A DNA stretch of 64,000 nt from Perkinsela sp. CCAP 1560/9 (GCA_965644495.1 CBFFSA010000006.1:62001-126000); one strand, 5' to 3'; numbered from the stretch's first letter, positions 23,548 through 35,483 are shown. The notes: generated by a model not told the origin, from the letters alone. Numbers and translations: made by a program.

Positions 23548-23768
23548 CGCTGGCCTTCACCACTTACGGAGTCCCTGGCCCCGAGACTCTCCAGTTTCTA
23601 GATCTGGTAGCTCGGAAGACCATCGAGGAAAAGAATGGGTGCCTCAGCCACTTTATCATGGCAATCGGGGTAGCCATTCAGAAGGGGAACGCCCAGATAG
23701 CGCATGCCGCGGTACAAAATAGGTACCGAAGGGGCGTGCGCTAATGGGTTCGGGTAGGATAAAAAAAC
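23548..23768 (+). mobile_element. 5'-truncated CRE-like retrotransposon 3' end
   Basis: Encodes LAFTTYGVPGPETLQFL...IGVAIQKGNAQ; followed by an A-run. Confidence 0.75.
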
Positions 23769-24399
23769 TTATAAAAAACTTATAATTGAGGTACAGTGCG
23801 TGGTGTTATTACGGGACGGGTATTTAAGGGACAATATAGGGGTGGGGTCATACCTTTGGAATGGGACAAAAGAACTACAAGTGTAGCGCCCAAGTAACAG
23901 AGCGCTCAAGTTATCAGGCACACATAAAAATGTATTTGTAAGATAACTGATCGAAAAGGAGATAAATAAAGGAAGATAATTGAAAGAAAAAGGTACTGTG
24001 ACCCCCCCTTTAATACGGACAGATTTTTGGACTTTGTCCATATTAAAGGGGGGGTGCTCATGGCGCAGAAAATGACGCTATTTCTTACCCGACAAAATAC
24101 AATTAAAAAAAAAATCGCGTCGCTTCGCGGCGCCCGTCTTTCTCGAGAAAGGCGAACAAAAGGAATCTCTGGAACAGAAGAAAAAGAAGCCCCCTGAAGA
24201 ATAATGCGGTGATGGGATGTTGAGGAGTGAAGGGCGGACAGGGGGGATGTCTGGGTTGGGTGACTGACATGTAGGCATTTAAGTAGCAAAGCAATTAAAA
24301 GAAAAACATTATGAAAGATGATACAATGTGAAAGAGTTAATTGTCTAGTTAAGTACGATTATTGAGGGAGATACTACTCCCTCGCTACCCAGTAATAAT

Positions 24400-24600
24400 A
24401 AAATTTGGCCCGAAATTTCGCCCGAAATTTGGCCCGACAAACATTTTTCCTGAAAAAGTTTTTTTCGAAAAGAACGAAATGCAGCACCACAAATAGATAG
24501 TTTTAGAAAAGAAAAACGCAACTTTTGGACGACTCGAAATTTGGCCCGAAATTTCGTCCAAAATCTCGCCCGAAATTTGACCCGAAATTTGGCCCGACAA
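24400..24600. repeat. Clusters of 11-12 bp repeats (AAATTT(G/C)GCCCG)
   Basis: Two clusters visible, about 24400-24440 and 24535-24600. Confidence 0.75.
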
Positions 24601-24652
24601 AAAAAATTCCGGATTTTTTTTTAACAAAGATCCAAAGACAGCACCATAACCC

Positions 24653-25160
24653 AGGTATAAAGGACGGAGATACTAAGAGCACATCGAAAAAAAATTTCTA
24701 AAACGTAAACGATTTTCATTGAAAAATTTAAAAAGATTGAAGAAAAAAATATTAAATTTAATGAAAAATATCAAAAAGGAAAGATTCGAGAAAGAAAAAG
24801 TATCTCCCATTTCATCTTGAATGGTCACCGAGAAGAAAAATGGGAGATACTTTTTCTTTCTCGAATTTTTCCTTTTTGATATTTTTCTCCCATTTCATCT
24901 TGAATGGTCACCGAGAAGAAAAATGGGAGATACTTTTTCTTTCTCGAATTTTTCCTTTTTGATATTTTTCTCCCATTTCATCTTGAATGGTCACCGAGAA
25001 GAAAAATGGGAGATACTTTTTCTTTCTCGAATTTTTCCTTTTTGATATTTTTCATTAATATTTTTTCTTCAATCTTTTGAAAATTTTCAATGAAAATCTT
25101 TTTCGTTTTAGAAATTTTCTTTTCGATGTGCTCTTAGTATCTCCCTTGTCCTTTATACCT
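24653..25160. mobile_element. Non-autonomous foldback element with about 155-bp imperfect TIRs and three internal 83-bp tandem units
   Basis: AGGTATAAAGGAC...GTCCTTTATACCT; units start at 24803, 24886 and 24969. Confidence 0.8.
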
Positions 25161-25359
25161 TAGGTCGAAATGGGTTTGCGCCGTCGTCGGGCAGCTGGAT
25201 ATAGCATCAGCTAGCGTCTCGAGCACCAAATTGTGGCGATAGGTGTATCTTCCTTGTTCCAGGGAGACTCGACAGCCAGCAAATATGTGGCGGATAGTTT
25301 GGACTTCCTCATTGCAAATGGGACACTTCGTGTTTACATGTGTGTTTAGGCCCCATCTA

Positions 25360-26917
25360 CAGGGGTGAAAATACCATGGTGGGGGGGATCTAAAATTCGT
25401 AAAATTTGTCCAATTTTGGAAAATAATAGAGCGTTCGAGAGCTCTCGCAGAGTTGTATGTTTTAAGATAGGCAGTTTGCGGGGGTTAGGGGGGTACCCCC
25501 CTTTGATGGAAGGGTCAAAAACACGATTTGCAAATTTGAAAAACTGTAAAAAATGGTCAAAAATTACCCTTAATACCCACAGGAAGACCCGTTTCGCTCA
25601 ATAACGATGCGACAACGCTTGCGGAAACTGCTCATCGTGTTAATACATTCTTGCTTGCGTTCTGATTGTAATCTTTCGAACGCTGTCTCAATTGCCGATA
25701 CTAATTCAGCCCGATTCTTGGGTCGAAGATCATTTTTGATCCTGTCCATGGTCCCCCAAAGGTTTTCAATGGTGTTTAAATCGGGGGATTTTGCAGGCCA
25801 AGAGAGTACATTAATACCTTCGTTGCGAAAGGTTGTTCGCGCAGAATTATGAACAGGACAATTATCCATTGCAACGACCCCAGATGGGTGGCGCCTCAAA
25901 TAATTTAAAAGTCCTTTGCGCTTCTTCATGGCGTCATTGAAAACATCCCCTGTTACAGTTACTTTTCGGCCGGAAGGGTCGTGGGAGGGAAAAATGTGTA
26001 GATGAAATCCATGATTTAAACTGACCCCCATCCACACCATGACGCCGTTCCCTCCATACCAAGGTTCTAGCTCTCCCTGCTGTTCCTTGGCGGGGTCAGT
26101 CTTCCGGCAAAGGTAAGTAATTTTGTTTCGTCCCCTACCGCAAGTAAACTTCTTCTCATCGCAGAAAACAATTTGTCTCAGTTGGGTATCTGACCAAGTG
26201 AGCATCTCAGAACAAAAATGCACTCGTTTCCTCTTGTGTTCATCGGTCAGTGCGGGCTTTCTTTTTAAAGTTCGCATGATCATACCATGGCTCTTCATGG
26301 CGTTAACCAAAGTTGGTCTTGAACACTGAAATCCAAGAGAAAGCACAACTCTATGGAGTGCACACCAGTTCTCAATCCCGTACGGGAGGTCACGGTATCC
26401 CTCATCAATGAGGCGGATAGCTGCTTCGTGCAGCGCAGGGGTACTGACAGGAGATGGGCGTGAAATAGGAGAGCTTTCCACGTCTCCAGTGTTCTCATAG
26501 CGTATCACAAGACGTTTTACTGTATTTTCGTGGACGCCGAAGTTTTGGGCTGTCCGAGAATAGGACCCTGTCTCAAGATAATCTGAGACAAGAAGCATAC
26601 GGTGACTTGGTATCACCCGTGCGGGGGAGGAATAGGACCTGTCGCTGAGTACACCACGTGAGGTTCGGGAACGAATCCGTTTCTGGGGCATATAGTGCTA
26701 ATATTGACTGAAAAACAGCTAAAAACTGAAAAAACGTAAATTTGGGCAAGAAAAAAAATCATGATTTTTTTTGTCTCATCGTTTCATGTTGAGTCACAGG
26801 CCGCAAATAGTGCTAAAACATACAACTCTGTGAGAGCTCTCGAATGCGCTATTACTTTCCAAAATTGGATAATTTTTACGAATTTTAGACCCCCCCACCA
26901 CGAGGTTTTCACCCCTG
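25360..26917 (-). mobile_element. Full-length Tc1/IS630-like transposon (DD32E) nested in the non-LTR element
   Basis: TIRs CAGGGGTGAAAA...TTTTCACCCCTG of about 100 bp; TA at 25358-9 and 26918-9. Confidence 0.95.
25570..26691 (-). CDS. Intact Tc1-like transposase, DD32E
   Basis: HTH (RTAQNFGVHENTVKRLV), FCDEK, MDNCPVH, WPAKSPDLNTIENLW; uninterrupted 373 aa. Confidence 0.93.
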   Translation of the reverse strand: MPQKRIRSRTSRGVLSDRSYSSPARVIPSHRMLLVSDYLETGSYSRTAQNFGVHENTVKRLVIRYENTGDVESSPISRPSPVSTPALHEAAIRLIDEGYRDLPYGIENWCALHRVVLSLGFQCSRPTLVNAMKSHGMIMRTLKRKPALTDEHKRKRVHFCSEMLTWSDTQLRQIVFCDEKKFTCGRGRNKITYLCRKTDPAKEQQGELEPWYGGNGVMVWMGVSLNHGFHLHIFPSHDPSGRKVTVTGDVFNDAMKKRKGLLNYLRRHPSGVVAMDNCPVHNSARTTFRNEGINVLSWPAKSPDLNTIENLWGTMDRIKNDLRPKNRAELVSAIETAFERLQSERKQECINTMSSFRKRCRIVIERNGSSCGY

Positions 26918-27603
26918 TATGTAGTGCTGCGCGGGTAGGAAGAGGCGTCTGTGTGAGAACTGAAGCTGTGAAGCGGGACAACGACTCGCTCTTTATGTTG
27001 CATAGCGCAGATGCGAAATCCTTCGCCAGGTCACTTTCTGAGGCCAATTGGAACCATTGGCAGGCCACGGATGTGCGTCGCTGCACGGCCTCTAGCAGGT
27101 GGCGCTCATGTTGGGTGTTGATGGTGCGTTGAAGGGCTGCTGGGTCGTCGCGCACCTCGTATAGCTGGGTAAGCGGCCTGATTTGGCCTGACGAGCGCTT
27201 CTTTTGTTCATTTTGGATGCGCTGTCGTAGTGCGTGCTGTACAGCTGGGTCTCTGGATTTTTCCATTTGTGTTAGAGCTATGGCTGTGCACTGAAGCCAT
27301 AGCTTCGACATGCTGGTTAGATTCCAACCACTCTCCGAGTAAATAAGTTCACTTGTTGCGGTTTTAGCCATTTTAAGCCATTTCCGAATATGGTTGGTGG
27401 CCATCTTTTGGAGCCTTAAGACGTGGCTGAATGAGAGTACGGGGTTCCAATCCAATCCAAATCCAAAAAGGCCGATTTACATCGGCTGATAAAACTACTA
27501 TTTTGTTTTTCGTGAAGACACCTTCCTCTTAGGTGAATCTTCCCTCTTTTTATCCACTTTTTCATTAAGCACTCTTAATTGTTCATAACTTTTATCTTAC
27601 GTT

Positions 27604-28957
27604 TTATCTTACGAGTACGGGGTTGATGGTAAAGGCATAACGTAGCCGAGATGTGATAGCGTGGTTATAGATCCAGAGGCGGGCTGGGGTATCGAAGGCG
27701 CTATGGGTGATATTGTGGAGCCATGTGCGGAGTTTTGTCCGTAGCGTCTTGAAGAGAACCTTTCCTTGTTGCGCGCCAGGTGCAAGAGTCATACCGAGGA
27801 AGGTGCTGCCGCGGTCACATATATGAGGTATTGGTTCGCTAGAGGCCATGATCCTCGGTCGGTGCGTCTTATAACCCCCATCTTTTACGGCCATACGCTG
27901 AAGGCGGCACTTCTTGACGTTTAGACACCCCCATCATTGAGAGTACCCTCACAAGCACATTCGTCGCGTTCTGCATTTCTTCAGGGGTGTTCGTGAGCAT
28001 TGTCAGATCATCCGCGAAGGCCTTCAGGAAGGTTTCTGAATCATTCCAGACGATTTCATACTTTGGAAAACTCGATCTAAGGAATCGTAAGACCACCTCC
28101 ATTGCAATCAGGAACAGCACCGGTGAAAGCGTGTCTCCTTGTAATACGCCACGCTGCACTGGGATGTGGTTTGTGAGTCCTTCAGCGCATTTTACTTGCA
28201 GAGGTGCTCCGTCGTACAACGCACGAATATACGCCACGATACGGGGCGAGATTCGGGCCCACTGTAGTGCGTCGAATAGGACGCTATGCGGAAGGGCGCC
28301 AAAAGCATTCTTCAAGCCAAACTGCCCTAGACAGTATTGTCGCTTGTGTCGGCGTTGGAATTCCAGGAGTTCGCAGAGTGACTGCGTATGTTCGATGGTA
28401 CCGTTCACCCGCGGAAGGAAACCTTTCTGTATGGTAGTGTCGATTACACCAGAAGAAGTAACGTGGGCTAATACCCGATGACTTATGATAGAGTGGAATA
28501 GCTTCCCCAGGAAGCTAGTCAGACCGATGGGCCTCCAGTTTTCCAGCGCGCGCGAGGGACCCCCTTTGTGAATGAGAAGTGTTATAGCTTGTTTCCATGA
28601 TTCGAGGCAGACGCTAAACTTCAGGAGTCCGTTGAAAACTTGGGCCAAGAAGGGGTGTAGGGCGACACATCGTTTCAGAATAGCGTTACTAATGGTGTCG
28701 GCTCCTGGAGCAGCTGAAGGACGTTTCGAGGATACCGCTATGGCAATCGAGGCACCATTGATTTCTTCCCATTGCATCTCTGTCTCGGTTGCTGGTCCAA
28801 AGAAGTCTCGTGGGGGCAGGTGATGCTCCGTGTGGGGCTTGCTCATCGACTCCTTAAAGTGGCTTTCGATTTCGAGATTTTTTTCAAAGAAATCTTTCGA
28901 TTTCTCCAATAGGGCAGTCTGGTCCTTGCTTCTTACGTTGCTCCGCTGCTTTTTCAT
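27604..28957 (-). pseudogene. Non-LTR reverse transcriptase domain (frameshifted)
   Basis: SAAPGADTI, NWRPIGL, QKGF, GVLQGDTLSPVLF, AFADDL, then TFLG after a frameshift. Confidence 0.92.
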
Positions 28958-31373
28958 GGTTGTCCAGGCATTCCCCCGAGGCAGTCCATGGGTTTCTCTG
29001 GAATCGAGTCGCGGCCTATCGTTGCGCCATCTCGAGACGCTGTAGTGAACTCTCTTCTAGATACGTTTTATGCAGTTTTCCTGCCTCTTTGATTTTCGCC
29101 TTCAGCTCGTTTCGCGCGCCTCGACCGTGTGTATATCGTAGGGACCTCTTGAGTTGTCGGACGTGACCTGCTAGGGTTGCAGCAGACCGTTCGACTGCGG
29201 TTGGCCTTGATTTGCGCCCTGCCGAAACCCTGTGTGACCGGATCCGAAATGCACCAACGGCGTCAATGTGGCAGGCTACTTCATGGGCGGTAACTGCGAT
29301 GCAGCCTGACAGCAGCTTTGTCTGTTCGAGGGCCTCCTCTGAGTTCCGGGCGGGGCATATAAACTTATGGCACCGGTCTAACGCTCGTTGTTCGGTAAGG
29401 TGCCATTGTTCGGTGGTGAAGTGGATCATAACCCGACCTCCTTCGATAGTGCGTAGCTTACTCATGAGGCTAGCAGCTGTTTCTTCCTGCTCGGTCAAGG
29501 TTGGGGTTTCTGTCTGGGCTCGGGGGCGGCGTGGGTTTTGCGTGGGCCTCTGGGTGCGGAGCATTGGCTGTTCCCCACTGCTTTGGTGTCTACCACCTTC
29601 CGGTACACGCTGGGACCTAAATGCTCCCGTCCTTGGTGCGGCCTGCGAATTTTCGTTCGTGACTGCCCTTCCAGTCTCTGTTCCTCCTGTGGGGCTGGAG
29701 AAGGCCTGAGTGCTGATGTTGAGGGGGTTCCCCTAGTTTCCTCTCCGTTGTTCAATCCTTGCTCTGTGTTCCTGTGTTGCGACTCATCTGCGGTGTTACT
29801 TTGTGGTCGGGGTCTTGAGTCGCATGGCGGAGCTGTAATACTAGGTTCGGTTGGAATAGGGGAGGCGCTGTTCCTTGTGCCGACTCGGTCCTGAGCGGAG
29901 AGGAGACGTGTCTGGTCCCTTGAACTCGCAGTTGGTGTCCCAGGTGGTGTTGTAGAGTACATAATTTGTTAATGACGTGGAGGGCACATTCGTTGGACAT
30001 GGGTGACTGCTGTGGAACGGAGGCATATTTAATGCGTTATATTATAATATAATATTATAATATTAATATTTTTATATGCGTTTTATGATTGCAGATGTCC
30101 CTACAATCTGCCGAAGGTGTGAAGCGAAACTATTGAGGAAATCCCCACGAGCATGAGGGGAATACGTTTGGTAACTATTGTAAGCAGTCATATCACAACG
30201 GTGATAATCTACAAGGACGTAGTAACCATTAAACAGTAAAATAGAAACCACACGGCGCACTGATGTAATGTATTTCTTGGGCTGGCGACCTTGACCAAGT
30301 AAGAGCCGTGTTTTGCCTGTATCAAGAAACAGTATGTTTTTGTCGGCATCGGGTAACATGCGATACGTCCTCATGACATTTTCGCATATTTGATCTACAG
30401 CATGTGTTGGAAGACAACATTTCGGTCGCCGATACTTTCGCCACTCTGTGTCCAGGTCTACAATAGAGCTCGGAGAATCTGGCACACATATGTTCCGGTT
30501 TCTTGGTTTCACACGTACTCTTGGATTCACATGTGTCTTCATGGGAGTTTAGCAACGCTCCATGATCTTCCGGGGAATGTAGTTGAGATTGAGGCTGTGT
30601 ATTTGGATGCTCTACCCAAGGATTTTCGGTGGCAGGTCGCTTGATGTATGTGCGGGCGGCTTTTAGTATTGCTTCGCGATGAGTTTTCCACACTAGCGTG
30701 TGTGCTTCTATCCATTCGAGGACAAGATATCGGCTTACTTTTTCTTTGTTGTTGTGAAGACGCCATTCGCTGAGCAATTCATTGTATTGTCGCTTAAACA
30801 AGCGATTAAATACACGGTCATGAATTTGTATTGCCTTCGTGCAACCCCCAGGAATTGTATGAGGGTCGGAATTTTCAGGAATGTCGTCAGTGCGATGTCC
30901 TGAGCAATCATCTGTGATTATTGCTGTCGAAGACCTTTCCTGTGAAAAGGGTAAATAGCTCTTCAGCATGCGAGGATAAATGTCCTCCTTGACCTCTGGG
31001 CATGCTTCACCATTTCCTTGTAAATCGTGGAATTTTCCCGCGACTTCGCGTTATGCTCGAAAATTACAGTCGGGTTAAGGGGACATACCTCGTCAGACCC
31101 GAAATCATAGATGGCGGCCAAAAAAGCAGTCACCGTTTCCTTCGGATTTGTGTCGACAACCTTTGGTTGAGGACTCCCAATTTAGACAAGAGTATATCCT
31201 TGCACCTCCCCGTTTACGAACATCGCTGTTTCGTCTCCAAAAAGAGCAAACCGGTAATGTCGTACCGAATTTTGCACGTAGAGCTTCTCAGCCCAGCGCG
31301 AAATGCGGGTTTCAACGTTAGCGGGAGCAAGACACTGTATTCTGTCCCAGCGCCTCCAGACCCATCCGTAGTA

Positions 31374-31748
31374 CTGTGCCCCCCCTAGTTATCTGTCACA
31401 CGTCACCCCCCTAGTTATCTGTCACTTTTTGGCACTTCGAATTGTTTTTTCGTCGACTACCCCCCCTAGTTATGTGTCACCTTTTAAAAATAGATAAAAT
31501 ACTTTTTTCCAAAAAAAACATGAAATGAAAGAAAAAAATTCCTTTTTTGTTCCAAGCGAATGGTCGTGCGTGGTGCTATTATAAACCGTTTCTGTAATTC
31601 CATGTTCTGACTTTTTTTTTGTGACAGACCCCCTCCCTAGTTATCTGTCGCACACTGATCCGCCTAGTTATCTGTCACACCCCTACCCCCCCCTAGTTAT
31701 CTGTCACCTTTTCGCGAAAAGTAGTGACAGTAGGGGGGGGGGGTACAG
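31374..31748. mobile_element. MITE with TA|CTGT-C(n) termini and internal CCCCTAGTTATCTGTCAC repeats
   Basis: TACTGTGCCCCCC...GGGGGGTACAGTA; about six internal direct repeats. Confidence 0.75.
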
Positions 31749-31824
31749 TATCTTCGAAAACGAAAATACGTATCCTCCAAGGCATTCATTGAAGTTAAAC
31801 CAGTGTTTAACCGTATCATATCTA

Positions 31825-32006
31825 CAGTGGTGATCAGCGTCTTTTACCCCCCCCCTACAGGTCTTGTATTTTGTCCGATTTTGGAAATATTTGGTATACC
31901 ACCGTTTTTCGACCCAATCATTCCGAATCCGAGGTCCTTTTTATTCGAGCGATCCCCTACCCCCCCTAGCCAGGTAGGGGTCAAAAAAGCTAATTACAAC
32001 TTTTTT
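31825..32006 (+). mobile_element. Solo end of the CAGT-terminal MITE family (see 59442-60183)
   Basis: CCCTACAGGTCTTGTATTTT...GGAAATATTT...TTCGACCCAAT shared with 34035 and 59442. Confidence 0.75.
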
Positions 32007-33009
32007 GAGTGTACTTTGCGAATGTTTCGGATGAAGAACAGTAGTAAAGTAAGTCAGAAGACGCGGAAAAGGAGTGCAAAGTAACCCCTAGTATTTAGTC
32101 ATATACCCTTTGGCCTTCTTGACCAAGAGTAGACTCTTACTTTGCTTGGCGTACTCAATGGTACATTGAGTATGTAAGTTCATTCAGCTTTTCTCTTCGA
32201 GGTGGGGTGAGGTGTACAATTTTATGACGAAATATTGGGTGCTCAAGGGCCGAGGTTGGAATGTCACATTCCGATTTCCAGATTATTACTTACTGTCAAG
32301 GAGAACCCGCGTCGCTTCGCGCTGCGGGCCCGAATTTTCGCGTTTTTATGGCTCGAATTCTGGTCTGGTACGCTTATGAGTTCTTTTTTCTCAAAACTGG
32401 GGAACTCATAAGCAAGGGGGGGGGGTATAGTATATCCTTCTGGTGCTCAGACGTTGCGTTTTGGGAGTTTACGTGCAACATTGGATTTTTACGGCGATAT
32501 TTCTCCCTTTGTTCCGTGCACCACGCATCATAGCTTTTATCGTGCTTTTGAATATGCCTTCCTGCCGATACGTAATCGGCCTGCAGACCTCTTGCCGTCA
32601 GAAATCGTTTTTTATTAATCTCAGGACACAATTTGCATTCCACCATCTACTTTGCGCCCTCTGTATTAGGTACTTGAGCAAAGAATTCTTTACAAAAACT
32701 GTCCCGGGTGGGATTTTTCATCGAAAAAAGAATATCGTGTATTATACACGTGTATAGAGGCCTAATAATGAACTGTAATGAATACAGACGAATCAAAATC
32801 ATGAAATAAAATTCTGCGATTCCAAAGTACACGAAGAAAAAAAAGTTTTTTAAAGTTTTTAGAAAAAAATAAGTAACTTTAAAGTACTTTCTTGAAAGTT
32901 TTAAAGTTTCCGCGAACCTTGAATTAAACCTAAAGTTATTGGGCTAATATTTAGTAACTAGTCGTAAGCAACATGCATACCATTATGAAATAGATGTAAC
33001 AAAAAAGCC

Positions 33010-33999
33010 ATGGATTCAATAGCTGTATTCGGCGGTGCTGGATATATTGGTTCACACATCGTGCAAGAATTGTGTAAGTCAAAATTCGTGACCGTTGTTG
33101 ATAACTTGACTACAGGCAACCGCGACATGCTACCTTCTCAAGTTACATTCTTTGAGGGAGACGTCCGCGATAAGAAATTCTTGGCATCCTTTTTTCAAAA
33201 AATCCGTCCACAAGCTGTAATTCATGTGTGCGATCGTAGTAACGTTCAAGAGAGTGTCACAGACCCACTTCTCTATTATGAAAATAACGTAGTTGGTATG
33301 GTAACATTGCTACAAGAGATGCGTTTGTGTGGATGCAGTCAGTTAGTTTATAGTTCATCAGCTGCCGCATACGGAGACATTGACAGCAATGAAATTAACA
33401 TGCTTCCTGTTAACTCCCCACTTCGACCGAAAAATCCGTATGGTGAATGCAAAGCGACAGTAGAGCGACTCTTGCATACATGTGGTACAGCTTATGGCCT
33501 AAACTTTGTGGCCTTCCGCTTCTTTAATGTAGCTGGTGCCCATGAATCTGGCCTTTTGGGAGAAATCCATTCACCCCAAACGCATTTAATTCCAGTCTTA
33601 CTGGAGGTGGCTGCCGGGGTTCGTGATAGCGCTTCCTTGTACGGAACGGATTATCCGACGCGGGACGGAACATGCGTGCGAGACTTCGTTCACGTATGTG
33701 ACGTAGCTCATGCGCACCTTGATGCGCTTTGCTACTTACGAAACGGAGGATTATCCACGTGCATAAACTTGGGAAGTGGAATGGGATACACCGTACGAGA
33801 GGTTATCAAAATCGTACAGTCTATTACGGGATGCAGTATTCGTGTAGATGAGAAGAATAGACGACCAGGTGACCCAACGAGGCTTGTTGCGTGTGTCAAA
33901 GACGCTAAAAAGATATTACGTTGGTCGCCTCGCCATTCATCTCTGCCTGAGATTGTGGCAAGTGCGTGGAAATTCTATTCCTCCTATCGTAAACATTAG
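33010..33999 (+). CDS. galE: UDP-glucose 4-epimerase
   Basis: GGAGYIGSH, SSSAAAYG, YGECK (YxxxK), THLIP, GTDYPTRDGTCVRDFVHV, RRPGDP. Confidence 0.95.
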   Translation: MDSIAVFGGAGYIGSHIVQELCKSKFVTVVDNLTTGNRDMLPSQVTFFEGDVRDKKFLASFFQKIRPQAVIHVCDRSNVQESVTDPLLYYENNVVGMVTLLQEMRLCGCSQLVYSSSAAAYGDIDSNEINMLPVNSPLRPKNPYGECKATVERLLHTCGTAYGLNFVAFRFFNVAGAHESGLLGEIHSPQTHLIPVLLEVAAGVRDSASLYGTDYPTRDGTCVRDFVHVCDVAHAHLDALCYLRNGGLSTCINLGSGMGYTVREVIKIVQSITGCSIRVDEKNRRPGDPTRLVACVKDAKKILRWSPRHSSLPEIVASAWKFYSSYRKH

Positions 34000-34034
34000 A
34001 AATAAATAAACAATAGAAAAATAAAATCAACATA

Positions 34035-34205
34035 CAGTGGTATTCAGCGACATGTCCCCCCTACAGGTCTTGCATTTTTTCCGATTTTGGAAATATTTGG
34101 TCTACTGCCGGTTTTCGACCCAATAGTTCGATTCCGCTGTCCTTTTCACCCGAGCGACCCTATTCCCCAGGTAGGGGTCAAAAAAGCTAATTACAACTTT
34201 TTTTG
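34035..34205 (+). mobile_element. Solo end of the CAGT-terminal MITE family
   Basis: Similar to 31825-32006 and to the start of 59442. Confidence 0.7.
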
Positions 34206-34577
34206 GGTCCGAAAGTAAACGTTTACGATAGTTCTGGAAGGTACTTACCTTAGTTCTGGAAGGTAGTACCTTCATAGTACTACTATGACCCCCCCACTTA
34301 TTTGTCACCCCGTTTTCGAAAAAAGGACAAATAAGTACAAAAAAGAACAAATAAGAAGGGGGCGGCCGGTCGGTGGTGATAGGCAGAATATGGCAGAATA
34401 TGGCAAAAATCAGGTATCCCGGAAAAAAATTCCGCACGGCTCCGCGGCGCTTTGTTTTATTGCTTTTGCTGATGTTATTAAAACAGAAATCGGGGATTCA
34501 CCACTGTAGACAAAGTTCAATAATAATTGTAACACTTCCAAAAAGTCAAGATTTACTTTCACACTGACCTTACTAGC

Positions 34578-35339
34578 TTAGTCCTCGGGGAAATTAACCA
34601 ACTTAATCTTTCTGACTTTTATCTTCCTGCACGCTGATTTTGTCTTCCTGCGCGGTGGTGCCTGAGGACCTATGGGTCGTCCCCTTTTCTTCGGAAACAT
34701 TCCATTAATGACGATAGGGGGCTGCATCGGCACTTTTACATTGATGGGTGGAGGGGGACGGACAATTTGGAGAGGATCCTGGGTGACATCTGCCAAGTGG
34801 GAGGAAGGGGAAGGAACACTCACAGAAATAATAGACAATGTTTCGCTTTCTTGGGGTGTGTTCATCTGTGAACGGCGACTCACTCGGATGTTCTGGCCTG
34901 CGAGGTAGGCCCAAACACGACCAGCGAATACCTTGCATTCAGCTTCAGGATCAGACGAATTGAATTCGTCATGAGAGGCAACAACAGAACGAAGTTCCAG
35001 GCCGGCTTCGCTAATAAAGCCGTCTCGTACGTGCTCCGCACCCAGCCACCCACCACGATATGTGATGAGATTAAGGATCAATTGTGCGACCCCTGTGGCA
35101 AGAAGCGGAACACCACATACCAACACATCGTCGTAGAACGCAACCGCGCTCAGACAACGATTTAAAACGCGATCAATTGCGTCCGGGTCACCTTGCAGAA
35201 GAGTGATGTTTCCGCGAACAAAGCGATACTGTTTCAATGGCTTTTGTATCGCTGCCTTCCATTGCATGATGTACTTTTCTAAAAGAGCAAGCTCGGTCTG
35301 AATTTCCTCTGATACGGTTTGTACAGAGACGTCAGGCAT
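34578..35339 (-). CDS. Unknown ORF downstream of the Harbinger-like transposase; candidate accessory protein
   Basis: 253-aa ORF on the strand opposite to host genes, tandem with the transposase; AT-hook-like KKRGRP and a basic tail. Confidence 0.45.
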   Translation of the reverse strand: MPDVSVQTVSEEIQTELALLEKYIMQWKAAIQKPLKQYRFVRGNITLLQGDPDAIDRVLNRCLSAVAFYDDVLVCGVPLLATGVAQLILNLITYRGGWLGAEHVRDGFISEAGLELRSVVASHDEFNSSDPEAECKVFAGRVWAYLAGQNIRVSRRSQMNTPQESETLSIISVSVPSPSSHLADVTQDPLQIVRPPPPINVKVPMQPPIVINGMFPKKRGRPIGPQAPPRRKTKSACRKIKVRKIKLVNFPED

Positions 35340-35483
35340 ATTAGTACGAAAGAAAGTGAAAAGAAGGAATGGATTCTTGGAACATAGAGGAATAAGGCTC
35401 TTTGAAGAACAACTGGCTTTCTACAATAATAAATTATGGGGAAATAAATATGGACTGGTTAATCATTATTATTTAATCATAGG

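Larger units (their letters stand above)
25161..31370 (-). mobile_element. Degraded RLE-type non-LTR retrotransposon (HERO/NeSL-like): N-terminal region, Ulp1-like protease, RT, CCHC knuckle
   Basis: RT motifs in 27869-28957; CPICNEEVQTIRHIFAGC..SLEQGRYTYRHN at 25200-25359 is in frame once the Tc1 is removed; PQQ...ECALHVIN at about 29965-30020; the 5' boundary is uncertain. Confidence 0.8.

Noticed and set aside
31575-31596. GCTATTATAAACCGTTTCTGTA resembles part of a kinetoplastid spliced leader
   Set aside because: The match is short and imperfect, lies inside a MITE, and lacks the 3' end of the leader and the GT donor.
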